NCBI GenBank assembly: GCA_050942745.1
Contig: JBMNNX010000001.1
Span: forward strand, 22,938 to 86,937
Reading direction: 5' to 3'
DNA length: 64,000 nt
Source of the DNA: Myxococcales bacterium
GTDB lineage: Bacteria; Myxococcota; Myxococcia; Myxococcales; UBA5297
The translations under genes and the position numbers were made by a program. Shown piece after piece: positions 16,275 to 37,375 of the stretch. Position 1 is the stretch's first letter; each line of letters starts with the position of its first letter. Below the pieces are notes generated by a model. The model was not told where the DNA came from. It saw only the letters and a list, made by a program, of their open reading frames with translations, and did not search any database.

Positions 16275-17410
16275 TACGCTCGGGCTGACCGGAGGGGGTA
16301 CGCCCTGAGTTGTGCCAGGCGCTCGTAAAGCCCCACGATCTCCCGAGCGCGCACCGGCAGATCGAAGGCCGACGCCCTCTCACGCGCGCCGGCCGCGGCC
16401 TCGGCGCGCCGTCGCTCGTCGCACATCGAGGCGAGCGCGTCAGCCAGCGCTCGCCCATCGAGCGGGACGACCCGGCCGTCAACGCCATCGCGCACGATTT
16501 CGCTCATCGCGCCGTGGTCGCCGACGATCGCCGGCTTGCCGCAGGCCATCGCCTCGAGCACCGCGCGGCAGGTGCCGTCGTTGCCTTCGGCGAGCCAGAC
16601 CTTCACGTCGAGCGCCCGGTAGACCTCGACGAGCGCGTCTCCGGTCCGATAGCCGGCGAAGAGCACGCGCCCGGTGAGCCCGAGCGAGGCGACCAGCTCG
16701 CGGAGGTCCGGCTCGTGCTCGCCGCGGCCAACAATCGCCAGCTTCGCCCGCGGCTGCGCGGGCGCAATCTGCGCGAACGCGCGCACCAGCAGCTCGTGTC
16801 TCCGCTCGACCTTGATGCGCGAGACGATGCCGAAGAGCACATCGTCCTCGCCCACCCCGAGCTCGCAGCGAAGCTCCGCGCCGTCGCCCGGCGTGAAGCG
16901 CCGCAGGTCCACGCGGCCTGGGAGCACGACGATCCGCTCGGCGGGGACGCCGTGACCGACGCGCAGGCGCTCGGCGTACTGCCGGCACGAGACGACGACC
17001 GCGTCGCAGGCGCGGAAGGCGATGCCGCGGGCGAAGCCCGGGCGCAGCGAAGGCGCGATCTCGGCGGTGCGCACCAGCAGCGGCGGCCGCGACATCCCCT
17101 TCATCGCCAGCAGGGCCACGGTGTGGTCGTGCGAGAAGCGGCAGTGGACGACGTCCGCGCCGCGCATCCGGCGACGCAGGCGCGAGAGGTCGCGCGCCAG
17201 GTCCATCGGCGACGACTTGCGGCAGAGCACAAGCTCGTCCATCACCTCGAACCCCGCCCGCCGGATTGCCTCGACGTAGTTGCCCGGGCGCTTCGTGTCG
17301 CAGCCGAAGAGCACCTCGTGGCCCGCGTCGCGCAGCGCCTCGGCGTCACTCACGCACAGCTCCGCCGGGCCGGTCACGCTCGAGGTCGAGAGCAGCGAGA
17401 GGATCCTCAT
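16274..17410 (-). CDS. GT4-family glycosyltransferase (LPS core-type)
   Basis: 378 aa, MRILSLLSTSS...GPAE.... C-terminal EGNDGTCRAVLEAMACGKPAI, the E-x7-E region typical of GT4/GT-B enzymes. ATGA overlap with the upstream GT2 gene. Confidence 0.75.
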   Translation of the reverse strand: MRILSLLSTSSVTGPAELCVSDAEALRDAGHEVLFGCDTKRPGNYVEAIRRAGFEVMDELVLCRKSSPMDLARDLSRLRRRMRGADVVHCRFSHDHTVALLAMKGMSRPPLLVRTAEIAPSLRPGFARGIAFRACDAVVVSCRQYAERLRVGHGVPAERIVVLPGRVDLRRFTPGDGAELRCELGVGEDDVLFGIVSRIKVERRHELLVRAFAQIAPAQPRAKLAIVGRGEHEPDLRELVASLGLTGRVLFAGYRTGDALVEVYRALDVKVWLAEGNDGTCRAVLEAMACGKPAIVGDHGAMSEIVRDGVDGRVVPLDGRALADALASMCDERRRAEAAAGARERASAFDLPVRAREIVGLYERLAQLRAYPLRSARA

Positions 17411-18210
17411 GCCGCGCCCGCGCTCCCTGCTCGACCGTTCGGCGCCTCGTCGTCAGGCCGCGGCAGCGCCGCCGCCCGGTCGAGGTCGTCGAGCTTGGCG
17501 TACTTGGCCAGGTCGTAGAGCGAGAAGAGCCAGGCGTGCATCAAGCCCGCGTAGCCGTCGAGGAAGCCGAGCCGAAGCACATAGCGCCGAAAGAAGCCCC
17601 ACGGCCCACGCAGCAGATCGAGCGGCCCGAAGCGCCGCCCGGCCCGATAGCGCTGGAGCGCGGCCTGGCTCGAGTAGCGGTTCACCTTCTCGAGGCACTC
17701 TTCGAGCGAGGCGTAGGTGTGGTGGAGGATCGGCGGGTCGAGCCGCGAGACCTTCCCGGCGACGACGACGCCCTCGTGGACTTCGCAGTCCGGATAGCTC
17801 GCCTTCGCCCTTCGAAACAGGCGCAGGTGCCGCTCGCCGCTGAAGGCGCCAAAGCGCACGCGCCGCCCAAAGATCCAGGTGCGGAAGGCGACCTGGTAGC
17901 CGCCGACGTCCTCGCGGGCGATCGCCCTCGGCAGCGCCTCGCGCAGCTCGGGCGAGACGCGCTCGTCGGCGTCGAGATTGAGCACCCAGTCGCCGCTCGC
18001 CCGCTCCATCGCGTAGCGCTTCTGCGCGGCGTAGCCGGGCCAGGGGTTCTCGAAGACCTTGGCACCGGCGGCCCGCGCGATCTCCTGCGTGCGGTCGCTG
18101 CTCTGCGCGTCAACGACGATCACCTCGTCGGCGAAAGCGACCGACGCCAGGCACTCGGGCAGGTCCCGCTCCTCGTCCTTGGTGATGATCGTGACCGAGA
18201 GGCGCGGCAC
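17407..18210 (-). CDS. GT2-family glycosyltransferase
   Basis: LSVTIITKDEERDLPECL...VIVVDAQSSDRT...NLDADER (DxD). The start codon is GTG (18208-18210). Confidence 0.75.
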   Translation of the reverse strand: MPRLSVTIITKDEERDLPECLASVAFADEVIVVDAQSSDRTQEIARAAGAKVFENPWPGYAAQKRYAMERASGDWVLNLDADERVSPELREALPRAIAREDVGGYQVAFRTWIFGRRVRFGAFSGERHLRLFRRAKASYPDCEVHEGVVVAGKVSRLDPPILHHTYASLEECLEKVNRYSSQAALQRYRAGRRFGPLDLLRGPWGFFRRYVLRLGFLDGYAGLMHAWLFSLYDLAKYAKLDDLDRAAALPRPDDEAPNGRAGSAGAA

Positions 18211-18216
18211 CTTCGG

Positions 18217-18693
18217 CTAGCCTCCGTGGAGCCGGCGGATGATGTCGGTCGAGGAGTGGTCCTTCGGATCGCCGGCGACGGCGACGCGGCCGCCGTAGGC
18301 GAGCACCTCGTCGCGCTCGGGGACAGAGGCCTCGGTGTAGTCGGTGCCCTTGACGTGCACGTCGGGCTTGAGCGCGCGCAGCACCGCGCGCACGTCGGTG
18401 TCGTCGAAGAGGACCACGTAGTCGGTGCAGGCGAGCGCGGCGACCATCTCGACGCGCTCGGCCTCGGGGATCACCGGGCGGCCCGGGCCCTTGTAGGCGC
18501 GGGTCGAGGCGTCGCTGTTGACCGCGACGACGAGCACGTCGGCGAGCTCCTTGGCGGCTTGCAGATAGCGCACGTGGCCGACGTGCAGCAGGTCGAAGAC
18601 GCCGTTGGCCAATGCCACGGTACGCCCCTGGGCGCGGGCGGCCTGGACCTTCTCGACGAGGGCAGCGAGGGGCTCGATCTTGGTGATGCTCAT
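18217..18693 (-). CDS. hldC: D-glycero-beta-D-manno-heptose-1-phosphate adenylyltransferase (RfaE domain II type)
   Basis: Cytidylyltransferase fold, ...ANGVFDLLHVGHVRYLQAAKELAD.LVVAVNSD.S. ATGA overlap with the upstream kinase gene. Confidence 0.75.
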   Translation of the reverse strand: MSITKIEPLAALVEKVQAARAQGRTVALANGVFDLLHVGHVRYLQAAKELADVLVVAVNSDASTRAYKGPGRPVIPEAERVEMVAALACTDYVVLFDDTDVRAVLRALKPDVHVKGTDYTEASVPERDEVLAYGGRVAVAGDPKDHSSTDIIRRLHGG

Positions 18694-19703
18694 GCCTGGG
18701 GCTCCTCGAGCTCACGGCGCAGCTCGGCGAAGCTGACGGTCACGGTGCCCATCTTCTGCACCTTGAGGGCGCCGGCGATGTTGGCGAGCCGGGCCGCCTC
18801 CTCGAAGCTGGCGCCGGCGGCGAGCGCAAGCGTCAGGGTCGCGCCCACGGTGTCGCCCGCGCCGGTGACGTCGACCGCCGGGCGGCTGCCGTGCGGCGGG
18901 ATGACCGTGATCGCCTCGCCCTGGGCGAGCACCATGCCGTTGCGGCCACGGGTCACCACCATCGCCTTCGAGGGCACGCGCTTGCGGGTGCGGCGGATAG
19001 TCCTCAGCAGCTCGGCGTCGTTCTCCGGACGAGCGCCGGCGAGCGCCTCGAACTCCGGCTCATTGGGCTTGAGCAGCGTCGCGCCGGCGAAGGCGCGCAG
19101 GTTGTAGCGCGAGTCAACGCACACCGGCGCCTTCGAGCGAGCGGCCGCGAGCGAGGCGGCGATGACCTTCTCGCCGAGCACCCCGCCGCCGTAGTCGGAG
19201 ACGAGGATGGCGTCGGCCTCGCCCGCCAGCTCTCCGAGCAGCCCGGCGAGCTGCGCCTGGACGTCCTCGCTCAGCGGCCCCGGGGCGCCGCGGTCGAGCC
19301 GCAGCATCTGCTGGCGCCGGGTGTTGAGGCCGCCGGCGAGGATGCGGGTCTTCGTCTCGGTGACCAGTCCGCGCGCCTTGGGCGAGACGAGCCGGATGCC
19401 GCGCTTGCGGCAGTGGGCCCGGATTTGCGCGCCCATCTCGTCGCGGCCGACCACGCCGAGCGCGGTCACGCTCGCGCCCAGGTCGCGCAGGTTCGCCCCC
19501 GCGTTGCCCGCGCCGCCGAGCTGCACCTCCGACCTTTCGTAGCGCACGATGAGCACCGGCGCCTCGCGCGAGATGCGATCGGTCTCTCCGTAGATGTAGT
19601 GGTCCGCGACGATGTCGCCGACGACCAGGACCCGGCGGCCCGAAAAGGCCTCCAGGAGCGGCAGGAGCGACCGGGGATGCTCGAGCTGACAGGGTGCACG
19701 CAC
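18690..19703 (-). CDS. hldA: PfkB-family sugar kinase, D-beta-D-heptose-7-phosphate kinase (RfaE domain I type)
   Basis: ...RVLVVGDIVADHYIYGE...GGAGNAGANL... and C-terminal DVTGAGDTV. GTG start at 19701-19703. Confidence 0.7.
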   Translation of the reverse strand: MRAPCQLEHPRSLLPLLEAFSGRRVLVVGDIVADHYIYGETDRISREAPVLIVRYERSEVQLGGAGNAGANLRDLGASVTALGVVGRDEMGAQIRAHCRKRGIRLVSPKARGLVTETKTRILAGGLNTRRQQMLRLDRGAPGPLSEDVQAQLAGLLGELAGEADAILVSDYGGGVLGEKVIAASLAAARSKAPVCVDSRYNLRAFAGATLLKPNEPEFEALAGARPENDAELLRTIRRTRKRVPSKAMVVTRGRNGMVLAQGEAITVIPPHGSRPAVDVTGAGDTVGATLTLALAAGASFEEAARLANIAGALKVQKMGTVTVSFAELRRELEEPQA

Positions 19704-19858
19704 GGGGCAGCGATTATCGGGAGATGAACAATGGAGTCAATCGAGCGCCGGGCGACGAGCGCGCGACCCCGGAGAATCGCCGCCGGCGCTCGCCCTCGGC
19801 CCTGGAGATGACTCGGCAGCGGCGGATGGCAACGCGAGCCGGCCGGCTCGACGCCGTT

Positions 19859-20395
19859 TCACCCGAGGAATCGGGCGATGGCTGCGACGAGCTCCTCGTC
19901 GCGCTTCAGCTTCAGGTTCTCGCTGAGCATCAGCGAGTACTCGTTGAGCATCGCCGCGACCATGCGCTGCGCCAGCGCCGGGCTGGTGATCGCGAACTCG
20001 CCCTGGACGCGCCCCTTCTCGAGCAGGTCCTCGAGCAGCGAGCCGTAGGCCTCGGCGCAGGCGCTCGCCGCCACGACGTGCTCACCGCGCAGATCGTCGC
20101 CCATTCTGACGACGCGCCCGCGAGCCTGGACGAGGATCATCCGCAGCAGCTTGAGCACCTTGTCGCGGCACGAGCCTTCGCCGGCGACCGAGGCGGCGAG
20201 CTGCGCCCGGCTCTTCTCGCCGATGCGCTCGAAGACGTACGCGTACACGTCCTGCTTGGTCTCGAAGTGCTGGTAGAGCGTCTTCTTCGAGATGCCGAGC
20301 TTGGAGGCGATCTCGTCGACGGTCATCCTCTCGAAGCCGTGTCGAGCGAGGTGCGCCTCGACGACGTCGGCGATCTCGTCCTTGGTGACGGCCAT
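19859..20395 (-). CDS. TetR-family transcriptional regulator
   Basis: Start re-set to ATG 20393-20395 (GGAG upstream). HTH motif TVDEIASKLGISKKTLYQHFETKQDVY. Confidence 0.8.
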   Translation of the reverse strand: MAVTKDEIADVVEAHLARHGFERMTVDEIASKLGISKKTLYQHFETKQDVYAYVFERIGEKSRAQLAASVAGEGSCRDKVLKLLRMILVQARGRVVRMGDDLRGEHVVAASACAEAYGSLLEDLLEKGRVQGEFAITSPALAQRMVAAMLNEYSLMLSENLKLKRDEELVAAIARFLG

Positions 20396-20764
20396 CGCGC
20401 TCTCCTGCGGAACTGCGAAACCTCTCCAGTCCACTGCCGCGGCCGGCATGTCAAGCGCGCGGCTGCGGACCTCGGCGACGTGTGGCGTTCGATTCGGGCC
20501 TCGCGCGCCGCGCTTCTGACTCGGCCACGCGGACGGAGCTCGTCCAGTGAGACGAGCCGTTTCAGCACCCTACCTGGCCCAGAACCGTTCCCGACAGCGA
20601 CGACCTCCTGGGACACGCGGCCTCTGGAACCGAGACAGTGAGCGCCCCAAAGCGGCCGGCGGGCGCTCGGCCGGCCGCACGCGCCTGCGGCCGGGCTCCA
20701 GCCTGCGGCACGATCGCGAGGCGAACCTGCTACGTTATCCGGCGAACGCACCGTCGGAGGAACG

Positions 20765-21598
20765 ATGTCCCGCTCGAGAATCTGGTCCGCGATCTTCATC
20801 CTCGGCGTCTTCGTCACCGCCTGCGCCGGTAACGAACACAACCTCGCGCCGGATGCGGGCGTCCTCGACGCGGCCATAGCGACCGACTCTGGCCTGCCCG
20901 AAGACGCGGGCGAGGTGGCGCCCGACGCGGGCGAAGAGCCCGATGCCGGCGAAATCCCAGACGCCAGCGTCGAGGTGCCCCTGCCCGGCTTCGGCGCCAT
21001 CTCGGGCGCCTGCGGCGTGCTCGACGACGAGCTCACCTCGCCCGATCCGTTCGTCATCCACAACAGCATCGACTTCGGGGACGACCCCTACGACGACGAG
21101 GACTTCGAGCTCCTCACCGACGGCGGCCAGGAGATCATCAACGACGGAAATGCGGGCGGCAGCTCGCTGCTCTCCGAGGTCTTTGCTTACGAGGTGCTGG
21201 AGCGCTGCGAGCTCGCCAGCCTCCTCGCGACCGAGATGGAGGTGAGCTACCTCGACCCCGACAGCAAGATCACCGACCTGCTGGTCGAGATCGACGGGAT
21301 GAAGATCGGCGTCAGCGTCACCCGCGCGGTCGGCTATCCCCGCGAGGCGCCCTACCCGCTGGCGACGGCGAAGTCGCTGCTCCAAAAGAAGCTCGAAGGC
21401 ATCCTCGACAGCTCGGAAAACGTCGCGCCGGAGCACAAGTGGGTAAAGCAGATCCTCCACGTGCTCGCCTACAGCGCCGACCACGCCACCGTGATGGAAC
21501 AGGCCTGGAACGAGACGGCGGACACGCTCAAGGCCGACACTATTCTCCTCATCACGGTCACCGACGGCGACGACGAGTTCATGTACAGCAACAACTAG
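20765..21598 (+). CDS. hypothetical lipoprotein with an acidic DAG-rich N-terminal region
   Basis: Signal plus lipobox ...ILGVFVTAC. Repeated PDAG/EDAG segments. I recognise no family. Confidence 0.6.
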   Translation: MSRSRIWSAIFILGVFVTACAGNEHNLAPDAGVLDAAIATDSGLPEDAGEVAPDAGEEPDAGEIPDASVEVPLPGFGAISGACGVLDDELTSPDPFVIHNSIDFGDDPYDDEDFELLTDGGQEIINDGNAGGSSLLSEVFAYEVLERCELASLLATEMEVSYLDPDSKITDLLVEIDGMKIGVSVTRAVGYPREAPYPLATAKSLLQKKLEGILDSSENVAPEHKWVKQILHVLAYSADHATVMEQAWNETADTLKADTILLITVTDGDDEFMYSNN

Positions 21599-21611
21599 AT
21601 TCGCGCGGGGT

Positions 21612-21630
21612 GGCCGGCGGGACGCCGGCC
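21612..21630. terminator. GC hairpin between convergent genes (candidate bidirectional terminator)
   Basis: GGCCGGCG-GGA-CGCCGGCC (8-bp perfect stem). It lies between the lipoprotein stop (21598) and the lpxL-like stop (21689). No U-tract. Confidence 0.35.
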
Positions 21631-21688
21631 GCTCCCTCCTCCCTCGCGCCGGCCGCTCCCTCCTCGGAGGTCGCTGCGCCCGCGGGCC

Positions 21689-22558
21689 TCAGCCCGCCGC
21701 AGCGGCCGCAGCCTCCTCGGGAGGCCGCGTCTTCCAGCGCCGATGCAGCCAGAACCACTGCTCGGGGTGCTCGCGGATGCGCGCCTCGAGCCGGTCGTTG
21801 AGCATCGCCGTGAACGCGACGATGTCCTGCTGGCGGTCGTCGCTTCGTCCCTCGAAGTGAAAGGGGCCGTCGATGACGACGCGATAGGTGCCGTCGTCCT
21901 TGCGCGGCATCAGCGCGAGGAAGACCGGCGCACCGGTCTTCTCGGCGACCACCGCGGGGGCCGGCGTGGTCGCGGCAATTCGGCCGAAGAACGGGACGAA
22001 GACCGCTCGCTTGAGCAGCATGTTCTGGTCGATGAGCAACGCAAGCGCCTCGCCCGACTCGACCGACTTGAAGAGGTTGTCCCAGCCGCGGTGGATCTCG
22101 CGGATGCCGGCGAGCGCTCGGGTGCGCACCCAGCGGGCGTTGGCCGCGCCCTTCAAGACGCGCGTGAGGATCGCGAGCGGCACACCTCGGCGAGCGGCGT
22201 AGACCCCGAAGAGCTCGAAATTTCCGAAGTGCGCGGTGGCGACGATGAAGCCCTTCTTCTCGCGCAGGTACGGCTCGACCTTTGCCCAGTCGCCCGGGTC
22301 GACGAGCGCCCTCAGCTCCTCGTCCTTCAGCGCCGGGCTGCGCAGGAAGTCGGCCGCGCACGTGCCGAGGTGCAGGTAGTTGCGCCTGGCGAGCTCACGG
22401 CGCTTCGCCTCGGGCATATCGGGGAAGGCTATCGCCAGGCTCTGCCGGGCGACCGCTCGCCGTACGCCCAGCGCCCACGCCAGCCAGGCGAGCGCGCGCA
22501 TCAGCGCCTCGGCAAGACGCTTGGGGAGCCGGTGCAAGACGAAGAGGAGCAAGCCCAT
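21689..22558 (-). CDS. lpxL: lipid A biosynthesis (Kdo)2-lipid IVA acyltransferase family (LpxL/HtrB-like)
   Basis: Start re-set to ATG 22556-22558 (MGLLLFVLHRLP...), 289 aa. Active-site region ATAHFGNFEL (HFGNWE-like). ATGA overlap with the lpxK stop. Confidence 0.65.
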   Translation of the reverse strand: MGLLLFVLHRLPKRLAEALMRALAWLAWALGVRRAVARQSLAIAFPDMPEAKRRELARRNYLHLGTCAADFLRSPALKDEELRALVDPGDWAKVEPYLREKKGFIVATAHFGNFELFGVYAARRGVPLAILTRVLKGAANARWVRTRALAGIREIHRGWDNLFKSVESGEALALLIDQNMLLKRAVFVPFFGRIAATTPAPAVVAEKTGAPVFLALMPRKDDGTYRVVIDGPFHFEGRSDDRQQDIVAFTAMLNDRLEARIREHPEQWFWLHRRWKTRPPEEAAAAAAG

Positions 22559-23637
22559 CAGAGCGCCTCGGCGAGTCGGTCCTCGCCGGCGAGGATGTCG
22601 AGCTCGACCCGAACGGCGAGGAAGGGAAGGCCGGCCGTCTTCGGCGCGGCCAAGCGCACCGCGTCCTTCTCGGTCACCACGACCGCCTCCGCGCCGGCCT
22701 TGCGCGCGGCGGCGGCCGCCGCTTCGAGCCGGCGGTCGCCGAAGAAGGCGTGGTCCGGGAGCAGCGTCGCTCCCGCGATCTCGGCGCCGAGCCCCTCGAC
22801 GGTCCGCGCGAACGACTCGGGCCGCGCGATGGCCGCGAGCAGGTAGACCCGCCGCCCGCGGAGCGCGTCGGGGCCGAGCGAGACCGAGCCTCCGTCGTAC
22901 TCGAGCCGCCGCACGTCGGCGACGCGGTAGGCCGAGCGCACGGGATCGGCGCCGGTAAGCCGGCGCACCTCCGCGGCGAGCCGCTCGATGGAGTCGGGCG
23001 ACGCCTGGTCGACCTTGCTCAACCAGATGAGACCCGCGTGCGCGAGCGCCTGCTTCGGCTCGCGCAGCGGCCCGCGCGGCATCAGGTGCCCGTTGCCGAA
23101 GGGGTTGGAGCCGTCGATCACGACGATGTCGAGGTCGCGCGCGAGCCGCAGGTGCTGGAAGCCGTCGTCGAGCACCAGCGTCCGGGCGCCCAACCACGCG
23201 ACGGCGAGTTGCGCGAGGCTCGCGCGATCGGCCCCAACGAGCACCAGCGCGCCCGGGCAGGAGCGGGCGATGAGGACCGGCTCGTCCCCGGCCGCCCGCG
23301 CATCGAGGAGGATGCGCTCGCCGTCGCTGACCACGACGGCCTTGCCCTCGCCTTTTCGGCCGTAGCCCCGCGAGAGAACGGCGACCCGCTCGCCGCGGGC
23401 GGTAAGCCGGCGCACCACCTCGATGGTCACCGGCGTCTTGCCCGCCCCACCGACGGTGAGGTTGCCGACGGAGACCACCCGCGCGCCGACCTTCAGGGCC
23501 TTGCGCCGCCACGCGGCGCGCCGCCGCACGACCACGCGGCCGAAGACGAGCGACAGCAGCCACAGCGGCGACAGCAGCAGCCTGGCGAGCAAGCTCTCGT
23601 CTTGGCGAAACCACAGTGCTCGAGCGATCAAGGACAT
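22558..23637 (-). CDS. lpxK: tetraacyldisaccharide 4'-kinase
   Basis: Start re-set to ATG 23635-23637. P-loop VSVGNLTVGGAGKTP, then LSRGYGR, LDDGFQH and GNG.LMPRGPLREP. Confidence 0.85.
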   Translation of the reverse strand: MSLIARALWFRQDESLLARLLLSPLWLLSLVFGRVVVRRRAAWRRKALKVGARVVSVGNLTVGGAGKTPVTIEVVRRLTARGERVAVLSRGYGRKGEGKAVVVSDGERILLDARAAGDEPVLIARSCPGALVLVGADRASLAQLAVAWLGARTLVLDDGFQHLRLARDLDIVVIDGSNPFGNGHLMPRGPLREPKQALAHAGLIWLSKVDQASPDSIERLAAEVRRLTGADPVRSAYRVADVRRLEYDGGSVSLGPDALRGRRVYLLAAIARPESFARTVEGLGAEIAGATLLPDHAFFGDRRLEAAAAAARKAGAEAVVVTEKDAVRLAAPKTAGLPFLAVRVELDILAGEDRLAEAL

Positions 23638-23921
23638 CGTCGGGTCCGGCCGGCGCCCGCGGATGGGCGCCCGAGGCGCGGACCTTGATACAGCCTCGCG
23701 CAAGACAGTGCCAAGCAGCGAATAGCCAGCGCGCGCTCGGCCGAGTCGTGGTTTGGGGGAGTCGAGGGCGAGGCTCACCGCCGGGATGGGAACCCGCGAC
23801 CCCAAATGGCAATGGGCTCACGTCGCGAAATCGACCCGCGGCACCGCCGACAGCCCGCTGCCCGGATCGGCAATGGACCGACACCGTCGGCGACCTTCCC
23901 ACCGCAGGGCAATGGCGCGGA

Positions 23922-24701
23922 TCAACTCGGCTTCTGCAGCTTCTCGATGAGGCGCTCCTCGGCCTTCGTGAGGCTTCGTCCCACCGAGCTCTCGAGCTCT
24001 TCGCGCGTCAGGGCGCCGACGCCGTCGCGGTGGATCGCCATCAGCACGTTCGCCCGCTGCGCCGACTGCAACGCATCGTGGCAGTCGCGAAAGAGCACGA
24101 GCGGGACGTCGTCGCCGAGCGCGGCGACCCGCTCGAGGTGGCGGCGCAACAGCTCGAGCGGCGGCGTCTCCGGCGGCAGTCGCTCGGTCGCGATCTGCTC
24201 GGGTAGCGAGAGGTGGTCGATGCCCGCCGAGTCGACGGTCACGAGCATCGCGCCGTCGCTCAGCTCGCCGCACAGCTCGACGACTCGCAGCCGGCGCGGG
24301 ACGACACCCATGATCTGCATCAGCCGCGCGAAGCCCTTCGGCCGCACCTGAGCCGCCGAGGCGCGCACGCGGCCGTCGGCGGCGACGAAGCCGCGCGAGA
24401 CGCTCTCGAGGTTGGGGAGGGCGCGCGCCACGGTCAGGTCCACGACGTCGCCGACGTGCGTGAAACCCGCGGAGGCGAGCTCGTGGCTGACCGCCTCGTA
24501 CCAGCCTCGGTCGAGCCGCGGGTACTCCTCGAGCTTCACGTCGCGGTACTCGTGCGCGCCCACGAAGACCTGCCCCATCCGCTTCTTCAAGCTGTCGGCC
24601 TGCCTCGTGAGGCGCTCCTCGCGGGAACTGCGGAGCATGCCCGGAAACAGGGCAAGGAGCACGAGCACGAAGATCGCCGCCAGCAACAGCCACCCGACCA
24701 T
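23922..24701 (-). CDS. membrane-anchored hypothetical protein
   Basis: ATG 24699-24701 with GAGG upstream. A single N-terminal TM helix, WLLLAAIFVLVLLALF. I recognise no motif. Confidence 0.55.
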   Translation of the reverse strand: MVGWLLLAAIFVLVLLALFPGMLRSSREERLTRQADSLKKRMGQVFVGAHEYRDVKLEEYPRLDRGWYEAVSHELASAGFTHVGDVVDLTVARALPNLESVSRGFVAADGRVRASAAQVRPKGFARLMQIMGVVPRRLRVVELCGELSDGAMLVTVDSAGIDHLSLPEQIATERLPPETPPLELLRRHLERVAALGDDVPLVLFRDCHDALQSAQRANVLMAIHRDGVGALTREELESSVGRSLTKAEERLIEKLQKPS

Positions 24702-25100
24702 GGAAAAAACCTCGCAGGAAGGCGGTCTACGCAGGTTCGGTCCGTTCCCGTGACCATCCTCTCCTCGCCTGCACTGCCCTCGACGGGCACTACTCTACTC
24801 TCGGAGCTTTTCGCGGCGGCCTCGCGCCGCGGCCGCCGGCAGCCCTTCCGCTTGGCGATCACTCCGGAAAGCGGGAGAATGCCCACCGCTGTACGCTGGG
24901 TGCCGGCTATCAGAAACGCCCCAGCTAGCGAAGGATCGAGAGGACACCAGGACAGTCACGACGCCGAGCCAGTGAGGCGCCCCTCGCGAGCGGCAGGAGG
25001 CTTCGCGGGCGGGTGTCGCGGGAGCTCGGCGGCTTCGCGACCGCAGGCGCAGATCACCGCTGCCTGCGCCCTCGCACCCTCGGAAGGAAAGCGGCCAACG

Positions 25101-28595
<3,495 letters not shown>

Positions 28596-28625
28596 GGACT
28601 CGTTTCGTCGGAGGACGCCGTACCC

Positions 28626-29717
28626 ATGAAGAGGACGACCGCATCCGTCCTGGCCGCCGCAGCGGCCTTACTCGCAATCGCGCCGGCCGCGGCCGCGCAG
28701 AGTTCCGCGGGCGACAAGGCCCCGAGCGCCCAGGCAGCGCAGGCCAAGGCGGACAGCGCGCCCGGCGCCACTCAGGCGCCCGCCGCTCAGGCACCGGCCG
28801 AGCGCCCCTGGGCCCGCGGCGTCTCGCCCGAGGACCAGAAGAAGGCGCTCGCCCTGTTCAAGGAGGGCAACGCGCTGCTCAAGGAGTCGGTCTTCGTCCA
28901 GGCGGCTGCCCGATACCGTGAAGCGCTCGGGCACTGGGACCACCCGGCCATCCACTACAACCTCGTGCTCGCGCTGCTCAACCTCGACCAGCCGCTCGAG
29001 GTGCACCACCACCTTCAGAAGGCGATGGAGTACGGGCCCGAGCCGCTCGATCTCGAGAAGTTCGAGCAGGCCAAGGCCTACAAGCTGCTCGTCGAGAAGC
29101 AGCTCGCCCGCGTCAAGATCCGCTGCTCGGTCGAAGGCGCCCAGATCACGATGGACGGGCGGCCGCTGTTCGTCGCCCCGGGCGAGTACGAGGGCTTCGT
29201 GCGCCCCGGGCCACACTCCATCGTGGCGACGAAGGAAGGCTACCTGACCAACGAGACCAGCCGCGCGCTGCCGGCCGGCGAGACGACGACGCTCGACATC
29301 GAGCTGCTCACCGCGGCCGATCTGACCGAGTACCGACGCCGCTGGGACGCCTGGAAGCCCTGGTCGGTCGTCGCCGCCGGCGTGGTCGTCGCCGCGGTCG
29401 GCGGGGGTCTGCACTACACCGGCATCGACAAGATCCGCCAGTTCGACCAGGGGATTCAGGCCTGCGGCGGCTGCGTGCCCTCGGCGGACCTCGAGAGCAC
29501 CCGGACCACCGGCACGCGCATGCAGGGCATCGGCATCGGGGGCTACGCGGTCGGCGGCGCGGCCCTGGCCACCGGAGCGGTGCTCGTCTACATGAACCGC
29601 CTGCAACCCTACCAGGTCGCGCCGGGCGCCGAGGCCAAGCCCGCCGAGCCGGCGGTGAGCATCGCCCCGCTGCTCGGCGGCGAGACCAACGGCATGTCAG
29701 CCACCTTCCGTTTCTAG
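28626..29717 (+). CDS. exported TPR-like / PEGA-domain protein with C-terminal TM segments
   Basis: Signal peptide [28 protein letters not shown]-like block [19 protein letters not shown]...[14 protein letters not shown] segments [17 protein letters not shown] and [30 protein letters not shown] 30 nt after the kinase stop. Confidence 0.7.
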   Translation: MKRTTASVLAAAAALLAIAPAAAAQSSAGDKAPSAQAAQAKADSAPGATQAPAAQAPAERPWARGVSPEDQKKALALFKEGNALLKESVFVQAAARYREALGHWDHPAIHYNLVLALLNLDQPLEVHHHLQKAMEYGPEPLDLEKFEQAKAYKLLVEKQLARVKIRCSVEGAQITMDGRPLFVAPGEYEGFVRPGPHSIVATKEGYLTNETSRALPAGETTTLDIELLTAADLTEYRRRWDAWKPWSVVAAGVVVAAVGGGLHYTGIDKIRQFDQGIQACGGCVPSADLESTRTTGTRMQGIGIGGYAVGGAALATGAVLVYMNRLQPYQVAPGAEAKPAEPAVSIAPLLGGETNGMSATFRF

Positions 29718-29727
29718 AGGTCGAGCG

Positions 29728-36870
<7,143 letters not shown>

Positions 36871-36944
36871 GCCAACGAGCCGTGCGCTCGAGCCCGCTCC
36901 TCGCATCGAGGGGCGGGCTCTTTTCGTCGGCGCGGTTCACGGCG

Positions 36945-37349
36945 AGCCCCGCGAGCATCGACGGCCCCTCGACCCTGGGGGCGAGGCCAATAGCGTTCGG
37001 CCTGAGTGTGGCTGCCGTTGACGTCGGCAGCGGAGTCGATGGTCCCCTCGACCTGGGACGAGGCAAACACCGTTCGGCCAGAGCGAAGCTGCCGACGTGT
37101 GCGTCAGCAGCGCAGTCGAACGGCCGCTCGTTCTTGGGCGAGGCCGATACCGTTCGGCCCCGAGCGCAGCTGCCGACGCGCAAGCAGCGGGAGCGAAGTC
37201 GAAGGGCCCCTCGTTCTTGGGCGAGGCCAGTACCGTTCGGCCTGAGCGTAGCTCCCGTCGCGCAAGCGGCGGGAACGAAGTCGAAGAGCCACTTCGAACC
37301 CAGAGCGGCCCCTCGAATTCGCCTCCCGCGTTCCGCGGGAGGCTACGCT
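36945..37349 (+). repeat. second composite intergenic repeat: about 4.5 diverged 79-83-bp units plus the same terminal GC hairpin as 16252-16274
   Basis: gtcga(a/t)gg landmarks at 36955, 37034, 37114, 37197 and 37279. It ends ...cctcgaattcGCCTCCCGCGttcCGCGGGAGGCtacgctc (hairpin 37320-37342), near-identical to the end of the 16-kb array. Confidence 0.8.
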
Positions 37350-37351
37350 CC

Positions 37352-37375
37352 TAACTAACAGCTCCCCCTGTTAGT
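37352..37375. other. AT-rich perfect hairpin built from the AACTAAC heptad
   Basis: AACTAACAG-CTCCCC-CTGTTAGTT (9-bp perfect stem), immediately after the composite repeat. No U-tract on either strand. Confidence 0.6.

Noticed and set aside
20765-21598. A PD-(D/E)xK nuclease-like pattern (..TEMEV...DLLVEIDGMKIGVSVTRA..) in the hypothetical lipoprotein.
   Set aside because: The pattern lacks a clear (D/E)xK triad, and the protein has a lipoprotein export signal. This is too weak to call.
21689-23902. A 737-aa ORF that looks like one large protein covering the lpxL-like gene and the lpxK region. Likewise a 659-aa ORF at 37467..39446 covers the GT9 gene and part of waaA.
   Set aside because: Only the C-terminal parts carry real motifs. 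The N-terminal extensions overlap lpxK and waaA, which are clearly coding in another frame. Internal starts with 4-nt ATGA/GTGA overlaps give normal-length proteins.
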